A DNA stretch of 64,000 bases from a bacterium (lineage in GTDB: Bacteria; Patescibacteriota; CPR2; UBA1875; JAJYID01), in assembly GCA_030647205.1 (NCBI GenBank), contig JAUSJO010000002.1, positions 113,112 through 177,111 on the forward strand. Direction: 5' to 3'. The translations under genes and the position numbers were made by a program. Position 1 is the first letter of the stretch. Each line of letters begins with the position of its first letter. Shown here in pieces: positions 1 through 9,048 of this stretch. The notes beneath the pieces were generated by a model that did no database searches, was not told the DNA's origin, and saw only the letters and a list, made by a program, of their open reading frames with translations.

Positions 1-18
1 AAGGATGAAGGGAAGCAG

Positions 19-1101
19 ATGATTCAAACTGCGAGCAACGATGTTGCTTCATCCCAGAAGTTTAGAGACGAACTCACAGCGCCAGTCGAAAAAGCAAAAG
101 TTGATTTCCCCGGTAAGAAAGACGACCTGACTATGCGTCAGGCGGAGTTCAACCGGCGGGTCGATGAGTCGGCGACCGCTCTAACCTCGGCGAAGGCCCA
201 GGAAGCGGCGGCAAGTCCCGACTATGCAGTCTGGGGAGATTCGTGTGTTACCATCACTACGAACAACGAATGGATAAAAGGCGAAGACCAAAATGTCCGA
301 AACAAGCTGAACGAACTGCCAAGGTCCTATAGTTGGACTCTGGTTGATCAGCGTGAGGACTTCTTCGTCACAATCCAAAAAACGGTCTGGGATGATTGGG
401 CCGAAATCGACAACGATAAGGACTATACCTACGAATCGCGGCAAGTTGACAGAGATACCTACGCGTATTTCGAAAGCCTGTCGGACGAAGACGCCCTTGA
501 CTTAGGGAAGATCGATCAGGATAAATGGAATTCCCTGAATATCGATCAGAGAGAGGGCCCAAACGATTCCACGGAGAAGTTCTACGTCGGTGACCTCCCG
601 TACACCTGCTACCATAAATATTTGGTAGAGGAGAACGGACAGGTTCACGAGGAAGACTGGAAGGAAGTAGACGAGGCGACATTCGCAGCGAACGAGGCAG
701 ACCTAGGGATGGTTATTATGACCAAACCTGTCGGCTTGTACGAAGAGGATGTCATCAAGGTTGCTTCCCCTCCGGGCTTCGCTTATGTCGATAATCCGCG
801 GTATGGCCAGTGGAACACGGATGGCAGTGGAAACTCATTCTGGGTTTTCTACGGCCAGTACGCCTTCATCAGTAACATGCTCGGTGGAAACAGCATTTAC
901 CGAAATGACTGGGACACTTGGAACCGCGACTATCGCGGTAGGCAGCCGTACTATGGGAAAGATGAAGGTTACGGCACCTACTCTGGCAACTATGCCGGAA
1001 CGACCTATGGCCGTTCCGGCGGTATAGAAGCAGAGGATCCTAGTGTTCGTGAGGCCGGCTCAAGTGCAAGAGGCGGCGGTCCCGGTGGCGGAGGTAAATG
1101 A
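19..1101 (+). CDS. hypothetical protein with Gly-rich C-terminus (GGGPGGGGK)
   Basis: 360 aa ORF in the GC-rich block. Acidic, Trp/Tyr-rich, with a Gly-rich C-terminal tail. No recognisable motif. Confidence 0.45.
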   Translation: MIQTASNDVASSQKFRDELTAPVEKAKVDFPGKKDDLTMRQAEFNRRVDESATALTSAKAQEAAASPDYAVWGDSCVTITTNNEWIKGEDQNVRNKLNELPRSYSWTLVDQREDFFVTIQKTVWDDWAEIDNDKDYTYESRQVDRDTYAYFESLSDEDALDLGKIDQDKWNSLNIDQREGPNDSTEKFYVGDLPYTCYHKYLVEENGQVHEEDWKEVDEATFAANEADLGMVIMTKPVGLYEEDVIKVASPPGFAYVDNPRYGQWNTDGSGNSFWVFYGQYAFISNMLGGNSIYRNDWDTWNRDYRGRQPYYGKDEGYGTYSGNYAGTTYGRSGGIEAEDPSVREAGSSARGGGPGGGGK

Positions 1102-1122
1102 CAAACAGGAAGGAGGGGCTAT

Positions 1123-1953
1123 ATGTCCTCTTGGAAATGGATAATCGTCGCAATACTGCTAAGTCTTGCAGTCCTCTACATCGTAAAGAAGTGGCTGGAC
1201 TACAGGACGCCGTATGACGATGACAAGTGCGTCATTGAAGACTGCAACATGGCAGTCTCACTTCGGAGAATCGGTTGGTTTATCGGTATCGCTTTAGCGC
1301 TGGCCGGTTCTCTTACTAGCATTACCAAGGACGTCGATGGGTTACTTGAGTTCCTTATGGATTTCGCGATAGCATTCATACTGCTGAACATAGCAGGGAT
1401 GCTCGCGAATAAAGTAATCTTACCGAGAGTGAATAACAGCGAAGAGATCGGTAAAGGAAACGTTGCTGTTGGCCTTCTCGAGGCAGGAGTGTATATCGGC
1501 CTCGGGACTCTTCTATTCGGAGCCTTCACCGGTTCCGGAGGAGGAACGCTTTCCGCTGCGGTTTTCGGTTCAGTCGGCGTACTGTTGTTTATCCTGCTGT
1601 TTAAGATTATCGATTGGGTTACACCGATCGACCTCTCCACAGAAATATCGGGAGGGAGTCTTGCAGCAGCCATGTCAACAATCGGCGATTTGCTTTCGCT
1701 AGGGCTTATCCTTGGCGTCAGCATTGCAGGCCCCTTTGAGGGTTGGGCAAAAGACTTCCAGTCATTTGCCGTTAGCGCAGTGTTGGGAGTCGTCGCCCTC
1801 ATGGTGATACAGAAGCTGGTTGACTGGTTTTTCCTGCCTAAAGTCACAATCAACGATGAAATCAGGTCAGGCAATCTGGCCTCGATGGTGCTCGTAGAAG
1901 GCACCACGCTGGCAGTAGTAATAGTAGCCAGCGTGATGCTGGTTACCTTCTAG
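1123..1953 (+). CDS. integral membrane protein with three DUF350-like repeats
   Basis: AGGAGG RBS. Three repeated modules of a two-TM unit with an Asn/Gly motif (e.g. NIAGMLANKVILP...GLLEAGVYIGLG) typical of DUF350. Confidence 0.6.
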   Translation: MSSWKWIIVAILLSLAVLYIVKKWLDYRTPYDDDKCVIEDCNMAVSLRRIGWFIGIALALAGSLTSITKDVDGLLEFLMDFAIAFILLNIAGMLANKVILPRVNNSEEIGKGNVAVGLLEAGVYIGLGTLLFGAFTGSGGGTLSAAVFGSVGVLLFILLFKIIDWVTPIDLSTEISGGSLAAAMSTIGDLLSLGLILGVSIAGPFEGWAKDFQSFAVSAVLGVVALMVIQKLVDWFFLPKVTINDEIRSGNLASMVLVEGTTLAVVIVASVMLVTF

Positions 1954-2000
1954 TCAAGTCATGCCCTCCCCGGTTCGTAAAAAAACCGGGGAGGGCACAA

Positions 2001-3737
2001 ATGCATTGGAGGGTTCAAATGAGCACAGTCGAAGGCGTAGTGCCGATGGTTGGTAAAGATTCGCGGATCAAGAAGCATACTCCAAGTATTCTGCTTGGGG
2101 CGACCATGTTCTTCACCGGAGGAGCTGGTCTGGTTGCCGAGTATATTTTAAGTACTGTTAGTACTTATGTTCTTGGCAACTCGATTGAGCAGTTTTCTGT
2201 GGTAATCGCCCTTTCGCTCCTCATGATGGGGGTCGCCAGCTTGTTACAGAAGTTTATAAGCGACAAAAATATCATAGAGAAGTTCATCGGTGCCGAGATA
2301 CTACTAGCTCTGCTCATCGGTTTCTCACCGATTGCTATGTATGCGGCTTATGGAACAGTCAAAGACCATTTTGCGCTGATCCAGTACAGCTTCATTGTAT
2401 CAATCGGTTTCATCATCGGACTGGAAATACCTCTGGTCATGAGGATTAATGAGAAGTACATCAAGGGGCTTAGTACGAACATTGCTAGTACACTGTCACT
2501 CGACTATGTTGGCAGTTTCGTCTTCGCTCTTCTCTGGGTGTTTTTCCTGCTCAGGAAGTTCCCTCTTACGGAGATCAGCTTCATAATGGCTTTCGTTAAT
2601 CTCCTTGTAGCCAGTGTTACTTTTTGCTACTTCGCCAAGGCGGGGTTGGTAAAAAAGTGGACAAGAATCCTCGTAGTGATAACTGCTACCTTCTGCCTTA
2701 TAATCTTTGGTTTCGTTTCGAACCGAGGTTGGGCTATGGAGCTGCAGCAGAAACTATATGATGATCCGATTGTCTACAGCGAGACGACCAAGTATCAACA
2801 GCTGGTCATGACGGAGTCGAAATCCCTTGGGGAATATTCGCTCTTCATCAATGGAAACAAGCAGTTTTCCAGCCTGGATGAGCATATCTATCATGAAATG
2901 CTCGTACATCCGGTCATGACGCTTGTTCCTGACCACTCGCAGGTACTGGTAGTTGGCGGTGGAGATGGTCTGGCTGTCAGGGAGCTCCTTAAGTATCCGG
3001 ACGTGGAGAATGTCGACCTTGTCGATATTGATCCTGGGATGATCCGGTTTTCTACGGAAAATCCGATCATGTCCCAGCTCAACAAGGGATCCTTCAAGGA
3101 TGCAAGAGTTCATGCTTCTGCTTCCGAGGGAGTCAAACCTGGTACCCTAAACAGGCCAGTCTTCAAGGGGAACGATCAGTTCAATGATAAAGGCCGGGAG
3201 ATGGTAGATCAGGTAGCATCTGTCAATATCTTCACGGTAGATGCTGACCTCTTCGTCGGACCTGAAAACGGCAAAAGGTATAACGTTATCATTGTTGACC
3301 TGCCGGATCCCGAGTCTGTGGAACTTTCCAAGCTTTACAGCCAGGAGTTCTACAGGAAGTTAAATCGGCTTCTCAGTGATACCGGTGCGATTGTGGTTCA
3401 ATCCACATCTCCCTATCACGCGAAGGAAGCTTACCTCACGATCAACCGGACGATTGACGCTTCTGGTTTCAGTACTCTTCCCTATCACGTAAACGTACCT
3501 TCGTTCGGTGACTGGGGTTGGGTGATGGCAACCAAAAAGACAACTTCGGTTGACATGAAGGAGGAAATAGCCGCTGGCTCTTTTCCTTCTGATACACAGT
3601 ACATCACACAGGACGTGTTCTTGGGATCCACAGTTTTTGGCAAAGGCTGGTTGGACTCCGAAAACACAGACATTAGCACCTTAATGAACCCGGTCATACT
3701 AGACCGATATGTCCATGACGGATGGAAAGTAGATTAG
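2001..3737 (+). CDS. membrane-anchored polyamine aminopropyltransferase (spermidine synthase-like)
   Basis: N-terminal multi-TM domain. C-terminal spermidine-synthase fold motif VLVVGGGDGLAVRELLKYPDVENVDLVDIDPGMI. Confidence 0.75.
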   Translation: MHWRVQMSTVEGVVPMVGKDSRIKKHTPSILLGATMFFTGGAGLVAEYILSTVSTYVLGNSIEQFSVVIALSLLMMGVASLLQKFISDKNIIEKFIGAEILLALLIGFSPIAMYAAYGTVKDHFALIQYSFIVSIGFIIGLEIPLVMRINEKYIKGLSTNIASTLSLDYVGSFVFALLWVFFLLRKFPLTEISFIMAFVNLLVASVTFCYFAKAGLVKKWTRILVVITATFCLIIFGFVSNRGWAMELQQKLYDDPIVYSETTKYQQLVMTESKSLGEYSLFINGNKQFSSLDEHIYHEMLVHPVMTLVPDHSQVLVVGGGDGLAVRELLKYPDVENVDLVDIDPGMIRFSTENPIMSQLNKGSFKDARVHASASEGVKPGTLNRPVFKGNDQFNDKGREMVDQVASVNIFTVDADLFVGPENGKRYNVIIVDLPDPESVELSKLYSQEFYRKLNRLLSDTGAIVVQSTSPYHAKEAYLTINRTIDASGFSTLPYHVNVPSFGDWGWVMATKKTTSVDMKEEIAAGSFPSDTQYITQDVFLGSTVFGKGWLDSENTDISTLMNPVILDRYVHDGWKVD

Positions 3738-3759
3738 CTACTCCCATCTGCGGGATACA

Positions 3760-3796
3760 AAGGGGCTGCGCTTAGGCGCGGCCCCTTTTTCTTTTG
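3760..3796 (+). terminator. rho-independent terminator after the spermidine-synthase-like gene
   Basis: GC hairpin GGGGCTGCGC...GCGCGGCCCC followed by a T-run. Confidence 0.6.
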
Positions 3797-3917
3797 CTAA
3801 TATACACATCAAATCGACAAAAATGTTGACATTTATAAATGTTTATGTCAAAATCATAATTATATTTAAAGATCACCTCTTTATTAGCAATTTGAAAAAA
3901 CTAGGAAGGGAGAACCG

Positions 3918-4232
3918 ATGTACTACCTTGCACTCGCTATACTTAGTATTGGGCCGATATTTATCGCTTTGGTAGTCAACCACTGGCTTCTTATGGCCAG
4001 CGGCAAAAAACAGCAACTGGAGGGGATTGCGGCTTTTAAGCCAATCTATCTCATCATGCCCTTTCTGGCACTCATGGCCCAAGACGCTTTCAAGGATGAC
4101 TCATTCTTGTACTGGGTCGCGTGTGTCGAGTTTATAGTATCAATTGTCGGTGTAGGTTCGGTTGTGTCTTATGCAACAATCAAAGGAGTAAATAAGGTTG
4201 CGTCAGAACCGGTAAAGCACCAGGGCAAATAA
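3918..4232 (+). CDS. small hydrophobic membrane protein
   Basis: 104 aa, 3 predicted TM segments. Preceded by TTGACA-type promoter-like sequence. Confidence 0.4.
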   Translation: MYYLALAILSIGPIFIALVVNHWLLMASGKKQQLEGIAAFKPIYLIMPFLALMAQDAFKDDSFLYWVACVEFIVSIVGVGSVVSYATIKGVNKVASEPVKHQGK

Positions 4233-4260
4233 CTGTCCCATTTCCTTTAACGTTAGTATT

Positions 4261-4292
4261 GGGCCCCACTGAAAAGTGGGGCTTTTTCTTTT
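4261..4292 (+). terminator. rho-independent terminator
   Basis: GGGCCCCACT-gaaa-AGTGGGGCT followed by TTTTTCTTTT. Confidence 0.65.
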
Positions 4293-4338
4293 GTAGCTTG
4301 AAAGAAATGAAAGCAGAGTTTAAGATATTAAAGTAGTT

Positions 4339-4680
4339 ATGTTAAATAAAATACTAAGAGTAGTTGATAAGAAATCTTTTACAAAAGTATCTCTTTTGGC
4401 ATTGCTTTTAACGTGTGTAGCTCTTTTACTGTTAAATTCATTTCCTTTGAGTAGCAAAGTCTTTTTGTATAATGACTGTCCACCACCCATGCTTTGTGAC
4501 TCCGAAGGAGTTACAAGCGGATATGGATTTCCTTGGATATTTAAAACAGAAGGAACTTTATCTGGTTCTGAAATTAATTTTGGCTTTCTGGCTTTAGATT
4601 TCCTTTTTTATTTTATTATTTCGTTTGTTCTATTCTCTATGTTTTATAATATAAAAAATAATAAAAAAAGAAATAAATGA
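4339..4680 (+). CDS. small 2-TM membrane protein, paralogue 1 of a tandem family (Cys-Pro loop, YGFPW)
   Basis: N-terminal TM, ectodomain DCPPPMLCDS...YGFPW, C-terminal TM LDFLFYFI, basic tail. Stop overlaps the next start. Confidence 0.55.
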   Translation: MLNKILRVVDKKSFTKVSLLALLLTCVALLLLNSFPLSSKVFLYNDCPPPMLCDSEGVTSGYGFPWIFKTEGTLSGSEINFGFLALDFLFYFIISFVLFSMFYNIKNNKKRNK

Positions 4681-5015
4681 TTACAAAAAAGCAGTTTACA
4701 ATATCCTTGGTCGCAGCCTTAGTCTTGTCTTCTCTTTTTATGGTTTTAACTGGTTTTGTTCTTGAGGGAGAGGTTGTAAGGAGTACGGGATGTGAACCAT
4801 ACCCATATCCTGACTGTCCAAGCAGTGCAACGTATGGTTTTGGATGGCCTCTAGACTATAGGGAAGTAGTAAGTCTAAGTGGGCTGTCTCTCCACGCTGA
4901 AACAGACTACGACTATTTGAATGGTGCTTTAGACTTTCTATTCTATTTTATCCCAACCCTCGTCATTCTTTATCTTTTATTTCTTCTAAAAGATCGTAGA
5001 GAGGTAAACAATTGA
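4677..5015 (+). CDS. small 2-TM membrane protein, paralogue 2
   Basis: MITKKQ start. Motif GCEPYPYPDCPS...YGFGWP. LDFLFYFIP TM. ATGA overlap with paralogue 1. Confidence 0.55.
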   Translation: MITKKQFTISLVAALVLSSLFMVLTGFVLEGEVVRSTGCEPYPYPDCPSSATYGFGWPLDYREVVSLSGLSLHAETDYDYLNGALDFLFYFIPTLVILYLLFLLKDRREVNN

Positions 5016-5383
5016 TTACAACCAAAAAACCAACTAAAAAAACTATACTTGTAGGTATTATTATCTCTTTTCTATTATTAGTTGTGACTACTATAGGTGT
5101 CGGATATGACGAATGTATATCTGATATCTTTGCTGAGACTTTTTCCAAGGAATATCACTACTTTGGGTTTGGTGAATATTGTGAGCAACGATCTAATCTC
5201 AGCTTTATACCCGGTTATGGCCAAGGATTCCCTTTTACTGCAATTAAGTGGGACGGAGGAGATTCTGCACCTGCTCCCTTGCTGGTTCTGTCAGGAATCG
5301 TTCTAAACTGGATTATTTATTTTGTACCGATATTTTTTATCCTTTATCTTTACCAATTAGTTAAAAGTCAAAAGAAACAATGA
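5012..5383 (+). CDS. small 2-TM membrane protein, paralogue 3 (divergent)
   Basis: TTG start overlapping the upstream stop. MITTKK N-terminus, YGQGFPF motif, C-terminal TM, basic tail. Confidence 0.45.
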   Translation: MITTKKPTKKTILVGIIISFLLLVVTTIGVGYDECISDIFAETFSKEYHYFGFGEYCEQRSNLSFIPGYGQGFPFTAIKWDGGDSAPAPLLVLSGIVLNWIIYFVPIFFILYLYQLVKSQKKQ

Positions 5384-5715
5384 TTACAAAGAAACAGCTT
5401 AAAATATCAATCTTGGTAAGCTTTGGATCCACCATAGTAGCAATGATTTTAATGTGGCTTGTTCCAGTCGGTACCTGCTGGTATAACGAGCATCCGAATA
5501 CTCCCGGCTTCCCGCCTACGGTCGACTTTTTTAACAGTTGCCCCTCATATGGGTTTCCCCAAAGAATCAAACCATGTTGTGACAACTATCTTTCTGACAT
5601 AATAATTATTTCTTTAATAATTGATACTATTATTGTTATTCTTATTAGTTTTCTTTTGAGTATTTCCTGCCTTTACCTAATAAATTATTTAAAAAAATCA
5701 CGGAGAAGTAAGTAA
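5380..5715 (+). CDS. small 2-TM membrane protein, paralogue 4 (divergent)
   Basis: MITKKQ start with ATGA overlap. PNTPGFPP and CPSYGFPQ motifs. C-terminal TM. Confidence 0.5.
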   Translation: MITKKQLKISILVSFGSTIVAMILMWLVPVGTCWYNEHPNTPGFPPTVDFFNSCPSYGFPQRIKPCCDNYLSDIIIISLIIDTIIVILISFLLSISCLYLINYLKKSRRSK

Positions 5716-6051
5716 ATGGCTAAAAAGAAACAAATAATAATATCTTTCTGTTTTGCTGCTGTCATATCAGTTGCAATTTCGACATTAACTGGACAATTTA
5801 TAGATAGAGGTAGCGAAATAATCTCGGACGGATGTAAGCCTACTCCCTTCCCCGATTGTGCAAGTACTAGCTTGGTCAAATATGGTTGGCCACTGATATT
5901 TAAAGAAGTAAAAACAGGTAGTGGTGATGTTGCCATAGACATAATAAAATATAACTATTCCAATGTAGCATTAGATTCTCTTTTTTACTTTATCCCAGCT
6001 TTTGTAATAACTTTTCTCTTTTTGTCTTTGAGAAATGAAAGCAGGGCTTAA
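5716..6051 (+). CDS. small 2-TM membrane protein, paralogue 5
   Basis: GCKPTPFPDCAS...YGWPLIF motif. LDSLFYFIP TM. Confidence 0.55.
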   Translation: MAKKKQIIISFCFAAVISVAISTLTGQFIDRGSEIISDGCKPTPFPDCASTSLVKYGWPLIFKEVKTGSGDVAIDIIKYNYSNVALDSLFYFIPAFVITFLFLSLRNESRA

Positions 6052-6063
6052 GATATTAAGGTA

Positions 6064-6375
6064 ATGAAAAAACTTATGATTACAAAAAATAATATATTGA
6101 AAATATTTATAATCAGCTTTCTTTTGGCACTTATTTTAACAGTTTTAACGTCGATATTTTTCACTAGGTATACTACTCCGCAATGCACCCCTTACGAAAT
6201 TTGCCCGGATTTGGCAATTCAAAATTATGGATTTCCTTTTGTCATTAAAGATACTTATCTCAATCAAGGGGTTTCTATAACTAGTCTGTCTTTGAATTTT
6301 ATGATTTATTTCTTCATTTCAGTTGTTATGCTCTCTGTCTTTTACATTTTGGAAAATCGTTCAAAGAAAAAATAG
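6064..6375 (+). CDS. small 2-TM membrane protein, paralogue 6
   Basis: MITKNN internal start. CTPYEICPD...YGFPFVIK motif. C-terminal TM. Confidence 0.5.
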   Translation: MKKLMITKNNILKIFIISFLLALILTVLTSIFFTRYTTPQCTPYEICPDLAIQNYGFPFVIKDTYLNQGVSITSLSLNFMIYFFISVVMLSVFYILENRSKKK

Positions 6376-6378
6376 GCT

Positions 6379-6407
6379 TGACTTTTGGGCTAATGTGTGA
6401 TAGTATG
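6379..6407 (+). promoter_or_regulatory. sigma70-like promoter upstream of udg
   Basis: TTGACT, 17 bp spacer, TAGTAT. Confidence 0.4.
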
Positions 6408-6441
6408 GGTTCAACGTTTTGAAGTTCTCAAAAATCTATAA

Positions 6442-7095
6442 ATGAAAATAACCGAGGAAAATATTGCTAATGCTGATGATTTATCAGCCGTTGATGAACT
6501 CGTTTCAAAGTGCGAGCGATGCTCTTTATATAAAACGAAAACGAAAGACGTTACGGGTATTGGCAGTGAAAAAGCTCAAGTGATGTTTATCGGAGAGGCA
6601 CCAGGAAAAGATGAGGATTTACAAGGAGAACCGTTTGTCGGACGCGCCGGACAGCTTTTGACCGAACTAATTCAAGGTTTAGGTTGGGAGCGAAAGGACG
6701 TATATATCGCAAACGTTTTAAAACACCGCCCACCGAATAACCGAGATCCATTGCCGGAAGAAGCGGAAATGTGTTGGCCATATCTGAAGCAGCAAATTAA
6801 GATTATAGATCCAAAACTAATCGTATTTCTAGGCAGACACGCAATGAACAGGTTTTTCCCGGCACTCAAAATTTCAGAGTGTCACGGAAATGCATTTAGA
6901 AAAGATTTCAACGGACGAAAACAAGTATTTCTAGCTTTATATCACCCTGCGGTAGCAATCTACAACGGCAATATGAAAAAGACATTAGAAGAAGATTTTG
7001 ATAAAATTCCAAAAATTTTAAAGAAGATAAATGAAGAAGGTTTAAATAATAATAACGATAATAATAAAGAAACAGAGCAAACTAAACTATTTTAA
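6442..7095 (+). CDS. udg: uracil-DNA glycosylase, family 4
   Basis: CERCSLYK...[23 protein letters not shown] motif, Cys ligands typical of family-4 UDG. Confidence 0.85.
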   Translation: MKITEENIANADDLSAVDELVSKCERCSLYKTKTKDVTGIGSEKAQVMFIGEAPGKDEDLQGEPFVGRAGQLLTELIQGLGWERKDVYIANVLKHRPPNNRDPLPEEAEMCWPYLKQQIKIIDPKLIVFLGRHAMNRFFPALKISECHGNAFRKDFNGRKQVFLALYHPAVAIYNGNMKKTLEEDFDKIPKILKKINEEGLNNNNDNNKETEQTKLF

Positions 7096-7160
7096 AAAAG
7101 TAAAAGAACTCTAAAAAAGTCCCGCTTAAGTGCGGGCATGAAAGGAAAAAAATTAACAAA

Positions 7161-8951
7161 ATGAATCCAAAAAACAAACCACGAAGAAATATGCCAACAG
7201 CGCATGACGTGGCAATTAAACAAAAACATATTAAAACAAAAAACGAAACGGTAATGCAGGCTTCGATGCCGCACGCATCCGGAAAGGGTAAACTAAAAAT
7301 TATTCCTCTTGGAGGTTTGGGCGAAATCGGAAAAAACATGACTGTTTATGAATACGAAAACGACATTATCATCGTCGATATGGGATTTATATTCCCCGAT
7401 GGCGATATGCTGGGAGTGGACTATCTAATCCCTGATATTTCGTATCTTCAGGATAAAAAAGACAAAATCCGAGGAGTACTTATTACTCACGGACATGAAG
7501 ATCACGTTGGCGGTATTCCGTTCATCATGCCTCAGATCAATGCGCCTATCTATGCGCCGAAACTGACCTGTGGTTTGATCGAAGCGAAAGCTAGCGAACA
7601 TCCTCAGCTCAAACATTTGAAACTAAATGTCATAGACCCTGATAAAGACAAGTTGAAACTTGGTGCTTTTGAGGTCGAGTGGTTTCGTGTAACTCACTCC
7701 ATACCTGACTCAGTGGGTATAATCTTAAACACGCCTGAAGGCAGAATAGTCTATACTGGTGACTTCCGGTTTGACCACTCACCGGTTGACGGTAAGAAAA
7801 CTGATATTTCAAAACTTTCCCGTCTTGGCGATGAGGGTGTTTTGGCACTTCTGTCTGACAGTACAAATGCCGAAGTTCCGGGATTCTCTGTCAGCGAGCA
7901 GACGATAGCGGCTACATTTGACAATATCTTTGAAAAAGCTGAAGGGAGAATAATCGTTGCTGCCTTTGCTTCTCAGATTAACAGAATTCAGCTGGTCATA
8001 AATGCTGCGCAGAAACATCACAGAAAAATCGCATTTTCCGGCAGAAGCTTGCTGCGAAACATAGAAGTTGCGGTCCGACTTGGGTATCTCAAAATTCCTC
8101 AAGGAATTGCGATGAAAGTTCAAGATATAGCTACTTACGCTCCTGATAAAATTGTTGTTATGAGCACCGGTTCTCAGGGTGAGGCAATGGCAGCGTTATC
8201 GAGAATGGCTCGTGGCGAACATAAACAAATAAAGATTGGCAAGGGCGATACTGTCGTTTACTCATCTTCTCCGATTCCTGGAAACGAGTCTTCTATCACA
8301 ACTGTTGTGGATGATCTTTTCAGAAGAGGCGCAGAAGTGATATTTGACGAAAAGGACGGTGACAGAACTCATGTTTCCGGACATCCGGGTCAGGAAGAAC
8401 TGAAGCTGATGATGGAGCTTGTCCGACCGAAATACCTTGTTCCATGGCATGGTGAAGTTCATCATCTTGTCCATCACGCACAGCTTGCACAGTCTATAGG
8501 CATTCCAAAAGAAAACACATTCATTTTAGATAATGGTAATGTTTTGGAAGTGTCAAACGGCAGAGTTGTGAAAGCTGAAAAGAAAGTCGTAAACGGTGTG
8601 GTCCTAGTTGACGGACTTGGCATCGGCGATGTCGGTGAGATAGTTCTCCGTGATCGTAAAGTAATGGCGACTGAAGGAATGTTTGTTGTTATCTGCACGG
8701 TTGATAAGAAAACCGGCAGACTGCTGACTTCACCGGACATTATTTCCCGAGGGTTTATCTACATGAGAGAAAACGAACAGCTTGTAAACAACGCCCGAAA
8801 TGAAGTGAAGAAAATGGTGGCAGTACGTGACGGTGAACCGCTTCCGGACTGGACAAAGATGAAGCTGAAGATCCGCGACCACGTCAGCCAGTATCTCTAC
8901 AATCATACCAAACGTAGCCCGATGGTTATCGCCGTTCTGATAGAAGTGTAA
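7161..8951 (+). CDS. rnj: ribonuclease J (beta-CASP metallo-beta-lactamase RNase)
   Basis: HGHEDHVGG motif, beta-CASP and C-terminal domain, ~590 aa. Confidence 0.9.
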   Translation: MNPKNKPRRNMPTAHDVAIKQKHIKTKNETVMQASMPHASGKGKLKIIPLGGLGEIGKNMTVYEYENDIIIVDMGFIFPDGDMLGVDYLIPDISYLQDKKDKIRGVLITHGHEDHVGGIPFIMPQINAPIYAPKLTCGLIEAKASEHPQLKHLKLNVIDPDKDKLKLGAFEVEWFRVTHSIPDSVGIILNTPEGRIVYTGDFRFDHSPVDGKKTDISKLSRLGDEGVLALLSDSTNAEVPGFSVSEQTIAATFDNIFEKAEGRIIVAAFASQINRIQLVINAAQKHHRKIAFSGRSLLRNIEVAVRLGYLKIPQGIAMKVQDIATYAPDKIVVMSTGSQGEAMAALSRMARGEHKQIKIGKGDTVVYSSSPIPGNESSITTVVDDLFRRGAEVIFDEKDGDRTHVSGHPGQEELKLMMELVRPKYLVPWHGEVHHLVHHAQLAQSIGIPKENTFILDNGNVLEVSNGRVVKAEKKVVNGVVLVDGLGIGDVGEIVLRDRKVMATEGMFVVICTVDKKTGRLLTSPDIISRGFIYMRENEQLVNNARNEVKKMVAVRDGEPLPDWTKMKLKIRDHVSQYLYNHTKRSPMVIAVLIEV

Positions 8952-8992
8952 GCTTTTGTCACTCTTGAGTGTAACGAAGGATCTCTATCTTT

Positions 8993-9022
8993 GTCATTAC
9001 CGTACTGAACCTAGTTCAGCAT
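8993..9022 (+). repeat. GTCATT-type hairpin repeat (CTGAAC-cta-GTTCAG)
   Basis: Member of the GTCATTC hairpin family, immediately upstream of 200-bp repeat copy 1. Confidence 0.5.
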
Positions 9023-9048
9023 AAACTCCGGCGAGAAGTCAGTTTCTA

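Noticed and set aside
1200-1907. Long antisense ORF (235 aa) inside the DUF350 gene. Similar cases are 181-682 inside the first gene and 22040-22707 across rpsF/ssb
   Set aside because: All are embedded antisense to well-supported or GC-rich coding regions, with no RBS and a low-complexity Ser/Pro/Arg-rich composition typical of out-of-frame GC-rich DNA.
9005-9019. CTGAAC-cta-GTTCAG palindrome resembling a Gram-positive Cheo-type LexA box (GAAC-N4-GTTC)
   Set aside because: Spacing is 3 bp, not 4. It sits after rnj, not at a promoter. It matches the stem of the GTCATTC hairpin family (compare CTGAA-cttg-TTCAG at 24492), so it is treated as a member of that repeat family.
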